DNA of 63,290 nt, filler included, from Hausera hauseri (GCA_046269625.1; 12 parts of 12 records of this genome joined end to end with filler, not necessarily neighbours in it); one strand, 5' to 3'; counted from the first letter of the whole stretch, positions 13,261 to 26,440 are shown. The notes: generated by a model from the letters alone, not told the origin. Translations and numbers: made by a program.

Positions 13261-13420
13261 CTTTTTGTTGGCAATTGAATAGTTTTGATGATCCCTCGGA
13301 TAGTCAGAAGTATCCATGTGTTTCCCCAATTGGGCAAAAATCCTCATAAATGTCCTCAATATGGATCTGAGAGATGAAACTATCTATATCTATATAGTAC
13401 ATTTTTATGGAATCATTTTT
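13252..13420 (-). pseudogene. Inverted pPolB C-terminal fragment
   Basis: MYYIDIDSF (YxDTDS motif) and MDTSDYPRDHQNYSIANKKVLG. Confidence 0.8.
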
Positions 13421-14815
13421 ATGTATAAGGGGGTACTCATATATGAGAAATCGATTGTCATTGTTAGATTTTTCGAATAGTTCGAACTTCGGTATTCGAG
13501 CTCGTAAATATTCGAATTTCAATTATCTGACTTGCGATTCGAGATCGCCATATTCGACTTCCTATCGGTCCCCGCTAATTATAATATCGAATTTTCAGTG
13601 CTAGGGGCAAATAAAACCTCTGGGAAGTCTGCATCAGTTGCACTTTGGATCGATATTATTCGAAAACTAATCGATAAATTTAAATTCTAACTGCACATTC
13701 ATATACTGCTCCATGTTTGTGTTCAAATGCACCCTGTCACATGTCCTAATCATCAATATTGAAAATATTGGAAAACCGATATTATTGATTTTTGCACACT
13801 TGCACATGTGTTTTTGCACTGTACAGTATATATTAAGGTACTTCTCGATGCGCTCTACCTATCTGCACTTGATCCCAATGGATTCCATCAATCCTCCGCT
13901 GCACAGTGATAAATATGTGAAAAGTAAAAAGTGCCTTAGCAACCGTATCCAAGAGCACACTTGAATCGAGTATTGCACTGAACGATAGTACATCAAGTAC
14001 TGCACCCGCCCGTATATGTGCCATATTGATATAATTGATTTTCATTTCATAGCGGAAAGTCCTATGGGAAGTCTACCTCAATTGGCAATTATTCAAAAAC
14101 CAATCAATATATTTCAATCCTAACTGCACATTCACACAGTGCATCATATGTGCATTCGATTGCAGTCGGTGCCGGGTGCTAATCATCAATAATGGAATTA
14201 TCGGAAATACGACATTATTGATTTTTGCACACTTGCACATGTGCAACACACCTGCACTGTGCACCAATCGATGTGGACTGATGTGCACTATCGATTAGCA
14301 CTTTGTCCCGATCGATTCGATCAATTGCGCAATATGCAGCTATCGATTTGTCAAATGTGCACTGACGCCTAGCACACTGCCGATCGATGGTGCACCATGT
14401 GCACTATCGATTGGCACAAGCGCAAAATTGATTTATGGATTTTTCCACCCGGTGGTGAGACAGACTTCCCATTTTTACACTAGATGAACCTATGTGAATA
14501 TTTTAATTCGTATAATGTCTTTCGGTTTTCTGGAAAGCGCTCATTACGTTCATAAAATTTCATCAATATCTAACCTACACAACCAAAGTTGTAGAGTACA
14601 GCATTTGAAAACAGAAGAGTTTATTTCACTTTGAATTGACGTTTTATTAGGATTTAGATATTTAAAAATTCACAGCACCTATATGGCACATATTTTGAAC
14701 ATAAAAGTCATATCAGGAGATAGAAAATTAAATTTTCTATAAGATAGCGATTGAAAATTTTAAATATTACATTTTTAACAAAGTTTTTATTGATGGAAAA
14801 TATGTTTGTTCCATT

Positions 14816-15030
14816 AGTAAGGGGATGTGAGCACACGGGACTAATATAAATTTCCTATCTCGGAGACTCCCCAGGATTGGTAATCAATATTCAATAATCA
14901 ATATTCAATACATTATGTGGCCGCTGTTGGGTTTCACTATTCCCACCCCCTAGTACAAAGCATTCTGGCCGCTGTTGGGTTTCACTATTCCCACCCTTTT
15001 GCTTAAATTTTGCAAAGTTGATATAAATAC
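14816..15030 (+). mobile_element. Possible LTR fragment (PPT + TGT start, internal 31-bp direct repeat)
   Basis: AGTAAGGGGA|TGTGAG at 14826. TGGCCGCTGTTGGGTTTCACTATTCCCACCC occurs at 14918 and 14966. TATAAAT at ~15022. Confidence 0.35.
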
Positions 15031-15615
15031 CCATGTGTAAGTGTCACTTGTGAAAATGTCTCTGTGGTTTCAAGGACATGTGTAGTAATTTTATTAGAAA
15101 AAAATCCAAATCATATATTACGTGTCCAGAAAAATTTTAATTTCATGTAGTTCTTGGATAAACACCATAGATGTAAAGGGTAACTATGACATCTTCAGTT
15201 CTATCAAAAAAAAATTGACATCATATCATATGGATGATGTTTTTATCTCATTGTAAGAGCCACAGATTCCAGCAAACAAAAATAGTCGGAACTGATCATA
15301 AATTGAACGCTGCTTAGCAATTCATTGGAGACTACACTAAATCACAACCCTCTCAGCCAGTTGGAGAGAGCGAACTGCATAATCTGTGTTTAAAGACTAA
15401 CAGCTATTAGTCTTACTGGGAAATGGGATTTTAGATTAAAACTCAGCCCTGGAGAAAACAATCTGTACTTGATTTGTTTAAGCTCCTGAAGTCATAAAAA
15501 ATGTGTCTGTGGCCTCTCTTACTCATGCTCCTTAAAGTCAGTTTCTGTGTTTATCTTTTGTTCCACTCACAGAAGAAGCGGTGACAGAATCTTTTCTTGA
15601 TTTCGTCTTACACAC

Positions 15616-16047
15616 CTGAGCGTCAAGGATCCGGACGCTGTAGAAGAGCCAGTAGGAGACGACAAGGAGAAACACCAGCACGGCCAGGAGGACCTGGAAC
15701 ACAAAGACGCGCGGGAGTCCGGCCCGCGGCGGCCTGAAGAAGAGCGCCCAAACGGCGAGCAGCAGGATGAGCAGCTTGAAGGCCACGGAGATGAAGAGGC
15801 CCTCGCAGGCCGTCCCGCAGCTCTGCAGCTTCTCCGGCCACAGGATGCGTGGCAGTGTGAGGAAGGCCAGCGGCGTGAGGAACACCAGCAGGCCCAGGAT
15901 CACAGCGATGGTCCGGGCGAAGTATCGGCGGCAGTCGAGCCCCACGCTGTCCTCCAGGTCCTTAGTGATGCGTACGATGTCCTCCTGAGAGAGGCTGTGC
16001 TCCGACGTGCCGGTGATGGCCGTGGTGGTCTCGCCCCAGTTGTCATC
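15616..16047 (-). CDS. vangl1: Internal exon of vertebrate (teleost-like) Van Gogh-like protein 1
   Basis: [67 protein letters not shown]. ttcttccag acceptor at 16048, GT donor at 15615, 432 nt with phase 0/0, strongly GC-rich codons. Confidence 0.9.
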
Positions 16048-16952
16048 CTGGAAGAAACCAGAACAGATGATTCAGCCATGAAGCTTGTCCACAGGTTAAC
16101 TTTGATAAAGAGCATTCTGGTGTTTGAGACCAGTGATGNNNNNNNNNNNNNNNNNNNNNNNNNNNNNNNNNNNNNNNNNNNNTTAATTAATTAANNNNNN
16201 NNNNNNNNNNNNNNNNNNNNNNNNNNNNNNNNNNNNNNACCACAATGAAGTTGCATTAGAAAGACATATCGCAATAAAGTTGGAACAGAAAGAAATATTG
16301 CAATAAAGTTGGAACAGAATCAAATATCACGATAAATCTTAAGATGACTTAAAAAACTTTTTTCAAATGAGTTTTATTTTGTACAAAACAGAAAAATCAA
16401 ACGTATGATTCCAGACATAATTTGCTGTACAGTATTCAGGGAAGAAAATCTGAAGGCTGAATTGGCTTGCAAATCGTCCGCATATGGATCTTCTTGCAAC
16501 AATGAGAGAATGGAATCTAAATCATGTAAATTAATAACAATAAAAGACACATTAGCAAAAACTGACTTCAAACACTGCCAGATTTAAACGCAAGTTTAAA
16601 AGAAGAGATTAGAAATGACTATTTAATCATATTTCAGTTCACTACAGCATGTATTACACTTTTCAAAGACTCATAAGTGACAGAGTAACACAAGAAGGAA
16701 AATTAGTTGATTGTGCCAGTGATGACTAGTGACAAAACATAAGTATCAAACAGTTGAGATGGACCTGGTACTTGTTTTAACAAATAAAAAAACGTTGAAT
16801 CTTGTGCCAGGATGGTGGATTACGTCCACAGAGATCTTGAAATACGTAGATTTCGTTTAGTTGATATCTTAGAATTTCACAATCTTAGTTTACGTATGCG
16901 TGTTTCATCACGTCCACTGGAACACTTAAAGATAATAATAATATGTACATTC

Positions 16953-17180
16953 AGTAGTGTAGAAATGGCGGTTCAGTCCCATTTCGGGAAGGGAGTAATC
17001 GATAAATCGATTTTGCACATGTGCCGATCTATAGTGCACCCGGAGCACTATCGATCCATAAAGTGCTAGGCAACGGTTCCGTTTGGCACCGTTGCTAGGG
17101 GCACTTTTGCATATTTCACAAATCGATCGCTGCACAGTGCAGTATTGATCGAATCGATCGGGATAAAGTGCTAATCGATA
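16953..17180 (+). repeat. Repeat A terminal fragment
   Basis: Begins AGTAGTGTAGAAATGGCGG and carries the same hairpins as 1-423. Confidence 0.8.
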
Positions 17181-17600
17181 GAGCGACTCCATAACTGCGA
17201 TAGAAGCGTTCTCCGTGCTCATCGCTGATTTCGCCGAAATTGTCAGGAAAAGTCGACATGCGAATCGAGGAAATGTGTTTTGAGGGACATGTTAGTCCAT
17301 AATTCTGTATGAATCTACGCACTGTTTAATATTACGAACATAGTCGATAGATTTGTGATTTCCCAGAAAATTATCGACGACTGATTTGAATGCCATCCAT
17401 GCACGAAGTTCGCTACCGTGTAACAGATTTTCGAATTATTTGTCTGCAATAATTTTCCTAATCTGAGGTCATACAAAGATACCTTCCTTTATATTTGCAT
17501 CACTAACTTGTGGAAATCGTTGTCGAAAACTTTTGTTGTATCTAGCGCTTTTACGCAATTCTTTATGAGCCGAAACTATAATGTGGTAATATAATGTTCT
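17181..17600 (-). mobile_element. Chapaev3-like transposase relic
   Basis: RFPQVSDANIKEGIFV*PQIRK..AWMAFKSVVDNFLGNHK..FPDNFGEISDEHGERF. Confidence 0.7.
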
Positions 17601-19129
17601 TTGTTGACTAATGCCTCTTGTATTACATTTTATGCTAATGACGATCATATCATCGTTAGACCGAAATACAAGTTAGAATCTACAACATAACTACTGTTTT
17701 CCATTTTAGTTTTTTCAATAAAGATCAATAATATAAAATATTTCAATTGAATAAGAAAATAATGATATTTTTATCTTTTCAAAAATTGAAGCAGAAGTAC
17801 ATAACGAATAAAAAATGAATAGTCAAAATATTAATAAAAATTTTATATTAATATTTAAAAAACCCCAATTGTGATTCTAGTGGAAAAGAATTTAAATCAG
17901 AAGTTAAAAGAGATTCATTTTTAATGAATGAATGTGAAAAATGTAGTTATAATTGTTAGACTATCTTGACCGAATTGATTTCTTTTGATTAAAATAAAAC
18001 TGGCACAAAAAGAAAACTCTGACATTTTGGGGTGATGAAATTGACTTCCAGAATTCACAATTCCTTACACCCGAGAATTTGTAACATTCAAATAGAAGGG
18101 CGATTTGTGGTAATTAGTTGATTTCATAAATTGTCAACAAATGGAATTCAAACAAAAGCTGAAATTAAATTTTTGAAAAATTTATTTCAACTGACCAAAG
18201 TTAGATCGAAGAAAAAATGTATTTTTCACATAAAGTCTGGTAACAGATAGATTCAGTATGGTGTAAAATGTTTCTGATTTTAGTTAATCAAAAATGGTGT
18301 ATATTTAAACAGTATTTTTATGTCGAATAATATTAAAAAGCTAGGCGAATCCGGCAGCTGCAATTAACCCCCGCAACTCCGTTAATTTTTGTAAAAGAAT
18401 CGGAAGTATTCCTTCTTTGCCTTATTGTCATTTGAGGATTGGGTGAATTTGAATGTTTCAATAAACGTTTCAATCGGAGAATTATCTGTACCAGAATTAT
18501 GAATACCATTGGTTGTTTGTTTTCGAGAAACAAATTCGGTTTGGAAATATAAAGGAAACTTGTCTTTACATACTGAAATACTGTTCACTTTGACAAAGGA
18601 AGGATGCCGATTTTTCTAATGAAAAGATAAAAGAAATTATCAATACTTGAAAGAAATATCACATCATAATAGTTCGAATGTTAGATTGATTATTGTCCGT
18701 TCATTTTTTATAATGGTAGATTGATAATTTGAAGGTCACGGATTTCGTCCAGTCTTTTTTAAACATTGCCACACATCAATGTCAACCTTCTCAATGTTTC
18801 ATTTAAGTCTCAATTGATTTAGTCAGTACAGCATCGTCCCATGTCGTCCGAGCAAAATCGATTTAGAGTCAGAGACTTCATAAGGGGACGAAGATGAATC
18901 ATTTAGAGCTTGCTGCTTTTGTATTCCACAGGATCGAAGTTTCGCATCTGAAAGCCAGCGATTTTTATTTCCGGTTTTTATAAATTGCGAAGAATCGGAA
19001 ATTGAATGAGATATTTCTAGTGATTGTTGTGCAATTTTTGGTTCTGCCCTTTTAAAAAGAGAACTTGTCAAATCCATATTTAATCTGTTTGTTAATTTGT
19101 TAAACTGGTAATTGTGATCGAATGCCACT

Positions 19130-20950
19130 GACCTCAACAAGGCTCTCAGATGGCGCAAGACAAAATCCCGAATGGTGGCGCCGTCGAGATGAGGCTGACG
19201 CGCCCGATTGTGTCCGGCCGAAAATAGGCCAGGGTTCCTCAGCACACGAAGAACACCACATCACCTCCCATAGCAAAGTGTAAACTGTGATGGGTAAAAC
19301 AGATGTAAAACAAAAACGCCAAAAAAGAAAAGTGTGTTTTTAGTTAGTCTTGGTGTGGACTAGACGTTGAATGCCTTCTACTGATTTCCAGTGCTATAAG
19401 TGCTAAATGTCTCTCTTCGTGCTTTATTTGTGTGCCTTGTGATTGATTGCAGCGTTGTGCGTTGTGGTAGAAGGTCTGCTGAATATCTGGGCTCATTGTT
19501 TAATGTTATTTATGTTGATGAGAGTGAAGATTGCGAAGAAAGATTAATTGAATGCGAACCAGAAAGGAAAGATAAGGTAGGCTTGTGAGATTAAATATTT
19601 GATGAGGACTAATGATCGATTCATAGTGAGGTGGAGAAGAATCAAGAGACTAAGGGTTTGATGATGGCTGAAAAAAGGAATCAAGAAAAATTATTATGAG
19701 GTGAAACAAGATCGTCCAGTTTGTCATGGATAAACAATGTCGGTTTAACGTTGGTGATATGTACAGAGCATTCTTTACCATTTTTGAGCATTGTGGTGGA
19801 TAGGATGTTTCGCTATCCAAGTAAAATATAAGGTAAAAAGTTTGTCTAGTGTGGCTTGGATTGTGCTAGTACTTTAAGGGAGTTTTCAGTAGCCCATTCG
19901 ACTGGAAGTGATAAAGTGTTATGTGGATATGCTTGATACTTAGTAAATTTACGAGTGATTTAAATAGATTCAAATCAAATTGGGGGCCCTGGTTCGAAAT
20001 TAAATGCCCAGATGAGCCGTATCTGCTGGGCCAGGTGCGTATAACCATATCAGCAATGATTTCAGTGTTGGTGGAATGGAATGGAACAGCTTCTGCCCAT
20101 CTAGAAGCACAGTCCATTATAGTAATGATAAACTGATGGCCACCGTCTAATGGTAGTGGATCAACTATGTCAATGCGGATTATGTCAAAGGGAAAATGAT
20201 AGAGAGGCGAATTGAGGTGTTTTCTGCTACTTTAAGCTTTTGACATGCCGTACACTCCCTAACTCAAGCCTGCACGTCCAATCTTATTGATGGCCATGTG
20301 GCGTGGAGTTTAAGAAGACGATAAGTATCTTTGGATCTTGGGTGATGCAATGAATGAATTCTGTTGAATGCATTTTTGCAAAGTAGGAGATAAAATGATT
20401 TTAGTGAATTCGGCACTGGAGGTGTCCAAAGCTATGTCATCAATAATTTTATAAGATTTGAAGTGGAGAGAATAGAGTCATCTGGCTGGTTCCGTCTGAG
20501 TAACTCGTTGTCAAAAATGTGTGCAAACATAATCGAGCCGGTGGAAGGCGATTAAAAATCAGCCACTATATTATCAACCCCTAAAATGTGTTTCATATCA
20601 AAAGCTAACATTGACAAGTATGAAATCTGTTTCTCGTGATGTGTAAACGGGGGTTTCTTAGTAAGAATGTGAAGTAAGGGCTTATGGTCCGTTTGTGTGG
20701 TAAATGTACGTGAAAGCAGAAGGCGTTTAAAGTGCTTTATTGCTATGACCATAACAAGTAACTCCCTATCGAAAGGGAAATAACGTTATTAGGTCTTTGT
20801 GAATTTTCGTGCGAAAATTTCCTGAGGTTGATGAGATCCGTCCTTGAAATGATGGAATACTGCGCCTGCTGTTGTAGTGGATGCGTCTGTTTTTAGAAAA
20901 ATTTCCGAGTATGGCTCAGGATATGCAAGAATTTCCACAAATTTTAGACA
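19130..20950 (-). mobile_element. Gypsy LTR retrotransposon relic (RNase H, integrase, PPT, start of 3' LTR)
   Basis: LKTDAS..FDRELL..AIKHF..TDHKPL and DCASRWAEAVP..SNQGPQF..HFQSNGL. GGGAGGTGA|TGT at 19260. The LTR's far end is uncertain. Confidence 0.8.
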
Positions 20951-21741
20951 ATTAATCATAACAAATAGTATCCGCTGTGTCGTTGAAGAATCGCAGTATT
21001 GAATACTGAATGATTCATAAATGAGATACTATGAGCTACATCTTAGTAGCAACGTTTTAAATTGTAAGTTCAACAATTTCATAAATGTATCAAATGGTAC
21101 AATAACCGAAATCAAATTAACACATCAAACGCAAATAGTGCGGTACCNNNNNNNNNNNNNNNNNNNNNNNNNNNNNNNNNNNNNNNNNNNNTTAATTAAT
21201 TAANNNNNNNNNNNNNNNNNNNNNNNNNNNNNNNNNNNNNNNNNNNNAGGTGCCAATGTCGAATTCTGTATGGAGTCTTGATAAGGAATTGCAGACTTTA
21301 CAAATCTCTCTCAACTTTCGACCGTCACTCAATATTCAATGACAGTAATATTTATGAAAGAATTATTAGGTTAACAGATGTCATTGATCATGGCATGACA
21401 TAGTCCAGATCCTCTCTCGCTTCACTTAGGAACAAAAATGTGTGAAACAAGGATGTGTTGCTACATTTGTTGGGCACTTACAAGAGTCGTTCAAGGCTTA
21501 CTGACTAACGCTAGAAAGATTAAATTTGTGGTGCATGTAACCTTGTTGAGTAAAAATGGTCATGTATAACGTCTTCAGCAACAATGGCAGCGAGCTGTAT
21601 CTCTATACATTGCCTAAAATTATTATCTCCCTTCGATAATGGAACTAACAAAACATCAGGAATGCAAGCATTGTGTATTAATCCATTCATACGTGAGTGT
21701 GTTTATGCCAGTATCAGGCTCATACTAATTTGTAACCAATA

Positions 21742-23162
21742 AGTAATGAGTTATGCAGAGTTAGGTTAGTATTTCAGATGTTAACAAACGAATAAAAAGG
21801 ATTAATTCACGCGCAAGATGGCGGCGGGGTCACGTAACGGGTACCTGGGTAGATAAGGGGATTACCTGGGAGATAAGTGGGCGATAATTGTAGTTGATAG
21901 ATACTGTGTTATATAATGTTAGGTTTGATAGGTGTCTGTAGTTGTGTATTGTTACGTAAGTAAGCGTACCCATGCAGGAGGCGTGATCGGTAAGGGGGAG
22001 ACAATTTTATAAAATTTTATTATTATTAGATTTTTATGTAATATGGTGATTTATGTTGTTGGTTGGGTACTGTTTTTTTTTCTTCTTGATGTTGTAATGG
22101 TGAGCTAGTTTGCTACCTGGGTAGATAAGAGGGATTAATTTAGGCGCAAGATGTCGCATGAATGAAAAGGGAAAGACAATTTAGAGGTGGAATGACTTAC
22201 ATAAGATTTAATTCAGGCGTGTATAGACAAAGAGGATTTAATTCAGGCGCAAGATGGCGGCTGAAGGGTAAGGAGAGACAATTTTGAGGTGGAACGACTT
22301 TTATATAAGACTTAATTTTGGCGTGTATAGACAAAGAGGATATAATTCAGGCACAAGATGGCGTCTGAAGGGTAAAGGGGAGATAAGTGTGAGGTTAGAG
22401 GTTTTTATATAATGATAATTCAGGCGCAAGATGGGGTCTGAATTTAAGGGAGATAAGTTTGAGGTGTAGAGGCTTGATATAAGATTTAATTCGGGTGCAA
22501 TATGGCATCGCGTCTGAAGGATACTGGAGTAGATAAGGGGAGTTCATTTTGGATATCAGGGTGAGCATAATTGCCTTGTAGATAAGTGCTCTGAGTACGG
22601 ACACCAAACATGATAAGAGATAGCAAAATACAGTGTAGTTCGACTGGCGTGTCATGGTGGTTATTCCTTGTAACTGTATACTTTTATAACATACACACAT
22701 ACACGCATACTTAAATACAACAAAATGCCGATTTATTTACAGTGTGTTTTATTTACGTTAAAACCTTTTTGAGTTTAAGCTTTCTGCGTAGTTTCTTTAT
22801 TGGTCTCTGTACAGGTTTGACTCCCATTGTTGCATCATCATCATCGTGCATTGGGACGTGTAACTGTTCATTTGATGTTCTGTGCGCTGACTGATCAATG
22901 ACGATACAAAGTTCTGTAAATAACCGTTAGTTGGGCTTTGTGCAGACTCGTCATACACTGATGAAAAGGTCTGCATATGATTGCTTTGCGTGGCTGTCTT
23001 GTCATAAAATGGTAAAAAGTTATGTAATGGCTCAGTGTCAATGAACGACATAAGTTTTGTCAGAGGCTCGGTTTGCATGGCCACGTCTGTTATTGCGTAT
23101 TGTTCTAGAACGTCTTTTGGAACTGTTATGTAGTTGATGACAGATAAAATGTCACTCTGCAC
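21742..23162 (+). repeat. Left TIR (~1.4 kb) with subterminal repeats
   Basis: Reverse complement of 29186-30919. Repeated ATTCAGGCGCAAGATGGCG units. Confidence 0.9.
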
Positions 23163-23372
23163 GGCAACGAGTAGTTCAATCTCTTCACGAGTTAATGAAT
23201 TTACTGTTTTCGTTGGGAACTTTTTGTAGCTTTCACCAAAGTATCTTCAAATATGCACCAACACTTTCTTTCGATACGAGGAAACTATAACTAACTTGGC
23301 TGGACCTATCGGTTTTGCCAACACAGCATCCCCAGTTATGTAGACACTGTTATCAAACCGTGTAAACATCAT
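22797..23372 (-). pseudogene. PC4/Sub1-like ssDNA-binding domain protein
   Basis: IGPAKLVIVSSYRKKVLVHI*RYFGESYKKFPTKTVNSLTREEIELL resembles the PC4 pattern V.V..F.GK..IDIR.Y....P..KGISL..EQ. One in-frame TGA. Confidence 0.65.
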
Positions 23373-23399
23373 GAAAACAGAAAGATCCTCTAGGTGTGT

Positions 23400-23917
23400 G
23401 TGATTTGCTTATATACCGTTATAACCAGGATAACCTGGATGTATGTTGTCATAGCTATTTATACAAGTCTGGTTTCTCCGCAACCAAATGATTCTATCGT
23501 TGACGTGTTGTCTCATAGACATAAAGGACATGAGAACACATCGCATGTAGCCCCTCTGGATTTAATGAGGATGAAATAAATGACATAGAGTCCACAATCA
23601 TTACTAAAAAGGCCTTGTAAGGGACGTGCATTATAGACGAATTCTCCATCAGAGTTACACTTAATAAAATCATCAATGTCAGTGTGGAGTGGTGGAAGTC
23701 CAAATAAATCCAAATAGTGAAATGTGCCAATGCCGTCATAGTACAAGGCTACCCAGTGTGTACTGTGTAGGTTTCTGGAATCTCTATTTATGACAAAGGC
23801 TGCCGGTTTTGTTGGATTGATGCGTTTGAATAAAATGTCATGGGGCACAACTCTGATGGGATGTCGGTGGACGAAAATGTCAGAGTGTAAAATTGTTAGT
23901 ATTTGTTCAGTGTTCAT
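23400..23917 (-). pseudogene. Adenain-like cysteine protease (Polinton PRO)
   Basis: VINRD..STHWVALY..YLDLFG..PLQGLFSNDCGLYVIYF (His/Asp/Gln/Cys catalytic pattern). Confidence 0.88.
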
Positions 23918-23922
23918 CTTTT

Positions 23923-25209
23923 CTAGGCAGGGTAATCCATTAACACTTGTCTGGTTTTGGAAATTTCAAATATAGAGTCTTGTTCCGCATACACAATGAC
24001 TTGTAAGGGATGGGGTGTCATGGAGGAAAATTTAAACTTCAGTGAAAGAGGTCTATTTTTCACAAGTTCAAACTGGTCCTCACCCAAACGACTGGGACTT
24101 AATACCAACGCGGAAAGAGCGTAACCATTTTTAAAATGTCTATAGTTGACTTTGCAGCCGGCATCCTTACTGATCAGACCCATGGCTAGATTGGTTCTGA
24201 AAAAGGCTCGGGCATAATGGTCGCACTTGAAATCCACATGGCCGTTCGCCCATCGACGGTGACGTTCAAGTACATCAAACCAAAAAGTTGAAAGTTGAAC
24301 GGATTATTTCTGTAGGTGCCATTACAAGCCGAGGAATTTACTATTCCAACCATGATGCGAGTGGGCGTTTGACTGCGGAAAAAATTGTCTCGAATTTGCA
24401 ACAACATTCCTTTGGGTATGGACAATGTCTTTATCATGACTCGTTTGATGGAATATTTTGCGGTCGAAGTAGTCAAGGTCTTTTCGTGGGCCAGAGGAAT
24501 GGCCGGATTTAATTAGGCTTTCCTGACAACAGGATGCCAAAAGTGATAACTGATTTATAACCGAACAAGGGATCATCTGATATGAAGTTGAACGCGTCTT
24601 TAGAAGGGGTGAGTTTGATCTTCACGTGCACTCCGTTCAGTATGTAATGGTCATGGCTAAAAATGTTGCAGTGTAACTTTCCCATCATATCCACTTCTCA
24701 ACTACTGCCGGCCAACTCCTGACGCGTTTTTAGTCCGACGTTAGAATCGCCTTTAGCTTCATCAAAATAATTTGGCATGTCGTTGTAAAATAGTGCCGCT
24801 GTCAGTTTACCCCTCTTCGCTTCCTGACAGTAATTTAAAGTGGCTTAGAGGTAATATCTGTAAGGGTACGTGTTTTCACTTGGCATGATTAACGCGTCGT
24901 TCAGGGTGACGTCCACTTGTGAAAATAAACTGTATGTAATTATTGACTGGGGCCACTTCTGCACCATCTGGTAAATTATCACCATTGGCCAAAGTGACTT
25001 TGGCCCGCATGTGCAGAAAGGTATTAAACAAATCTAGATACTCTTTGCAGCTTCCAGATATAAATTCTATGGGCGCCACGGGTGTGAGATAAGTGAGAGT
25101 GAATTTCCACAAACTGACCTTCCTCTATCGCCGTTTGTGTTGGAGGAATACTAAACAAATCCAAACCAGAATGGAAGCATTTACACGAACTGGGGTGAAT
25201 CAAAGCCAT
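23923..25209 (-). pseudogene. Polinton major capsid protein (double jelly roll), frameshifted
   Basis: SGLDLFSIPPTQTAIEEG, YLDLFNTFLH, GKLHCNIFSHDHYILNGV, NPFNFQ, VIVYAEQDSIFEISKTRQVLMDY. Confidence 0.88.
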
Positions 25210-25229
25210 GTCTTTAATCAAAATATCAG

Positions 25230-25688
25230 CATACTTCCTTCCTCACCGTTTCTTGGACTAGTTGTGAGAACTACTTGCGGTCACTGTCGGTTTTATTCTT
25301 CTACTAAATGGTTTGTTGGGCGGTGTGGCTTTTCTTTTATGATGCATGCCATCAACCATTTGGTTCCCCACAACATGATTCACTGCACCTTGCAACAGTC
25401 TCTGTCCGGCCACTTTGGCTCGATCTCTAAATGATTCACCAACGTTTTGACCAGTTAACGCTTCCTGGGCCACTTGCAAACTCGTTCTAATCCCTTCCCT
25501 GATATAGCTTTGCCTCCAGGCTTTAACCACCGGAAGATCATTCGACCCAATCTGCTAAAGAAACTATCAATGCCTCTTCCACGTTGACTTCTGCCGACGA
25601 CAAAAACGGGAATTCCGTCTCCGGCTTGACTACGGTAAAAGTCTTCATAAACCTCGGTGCTTCGATGTAAAAGAGTGTGTCTGACCAT
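25230..25688 (-). pseudogene. Small basic Polinton core/virion protein
   Basis: YEDFYRSQAGDG..QRGRGIDSFFSRLGRMIF (xGxG followed by an amphipathic helix). Lies immediately upstream of MCP. Confidence 0.65.
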
Positions 25689-25691
25689 CTT

Positions 25692-26440
25692 TTATTGCAA
25701 ATCAGAATGTCTCCTAGGTCGAAAATGTAACATCACCACCGAAGAGCCGTTTATAAATGGGATCTTTTGTCCCAGGTCGTTGGTTAAAAGTATTTCCATG
25801 GTGTGAAAGGAAAATCGACTCAGTGGCAGGTAGTGGGGTTTGTCGTAAATCCGAAACACAGAGGTCAAATTTCTATCCAAAACAGGCACAATGGGTAACA
25901 AAAACACCATGACATCTCTGACGGGTCTCGCTGCAATGATATCGCAGTACACGTAAACGTTTCTTATGTTGCTTGTCAAGATTCAACTGTGCTTTACCTA
26001 TTGAAGCGAGTCCTTGTCTGTTATATGGTTTTTGATAGTCCCAATATATTTTTCAACTTTTCGCTAATGATAATGTCCGCACTCGACTCGAATCTTTCCA
26101 GTCCGGTGGTTTTCTGTGTTTTATGGTAATGGATTTTCAACGGCACCAATTTGGCTCCTTTCACGCGTGAAATTAATTCAACAAAGGATTGGCTGGCGAC
26201 TTGTAGAGTTCAGGACTTATTCGTAACTTAAAACGATGGCTTAGTGCTGTTTATGTGCGGAAGGTAATGTAACCACACTTCATTCTCTAGAACGTTAAAG
26301 TAACTGTTTGGGAATTAAATCTCCATCAAAACGACCTCGTAATTAAAAGTTTATTCTGTGGTTTGTGGGAGTTTCACGTAAAAGTTATCCGGAAACGTTT
26401 TCATGAAGGCGTTGCTCGGCAGCATCATGTAAAAACTCAT
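25692..26440 (-). pseudogene. Putative Polinton minor capsid (penton) protein
   Basis: MSFYMMLPSNA..FPDNFYVKLP N-terminus; VYVYCDII..LLPIVP..PHYLPL..EILLTNDLGQKIPF..MLHFR C-terminus. Confidence 0.7.

Larger units (their letters stand above)
12100..14482. mobile_element. Internally deleted Polinton-like relic: inverted repeat-A arms flanking pPolB fragments
   Basis: 12100-12620 is the reverse complement of ~13869-14410. An extra partial arm lies at 13603-13815. pPolB pieces lie between the arms. Confidence 0.6.

Noticed and set aside
18823-19245. 140-aa ORF as a real gene
   Set aside because: It appears to start within the putative LTR and read into unrelated flank, with no recognisable motif.
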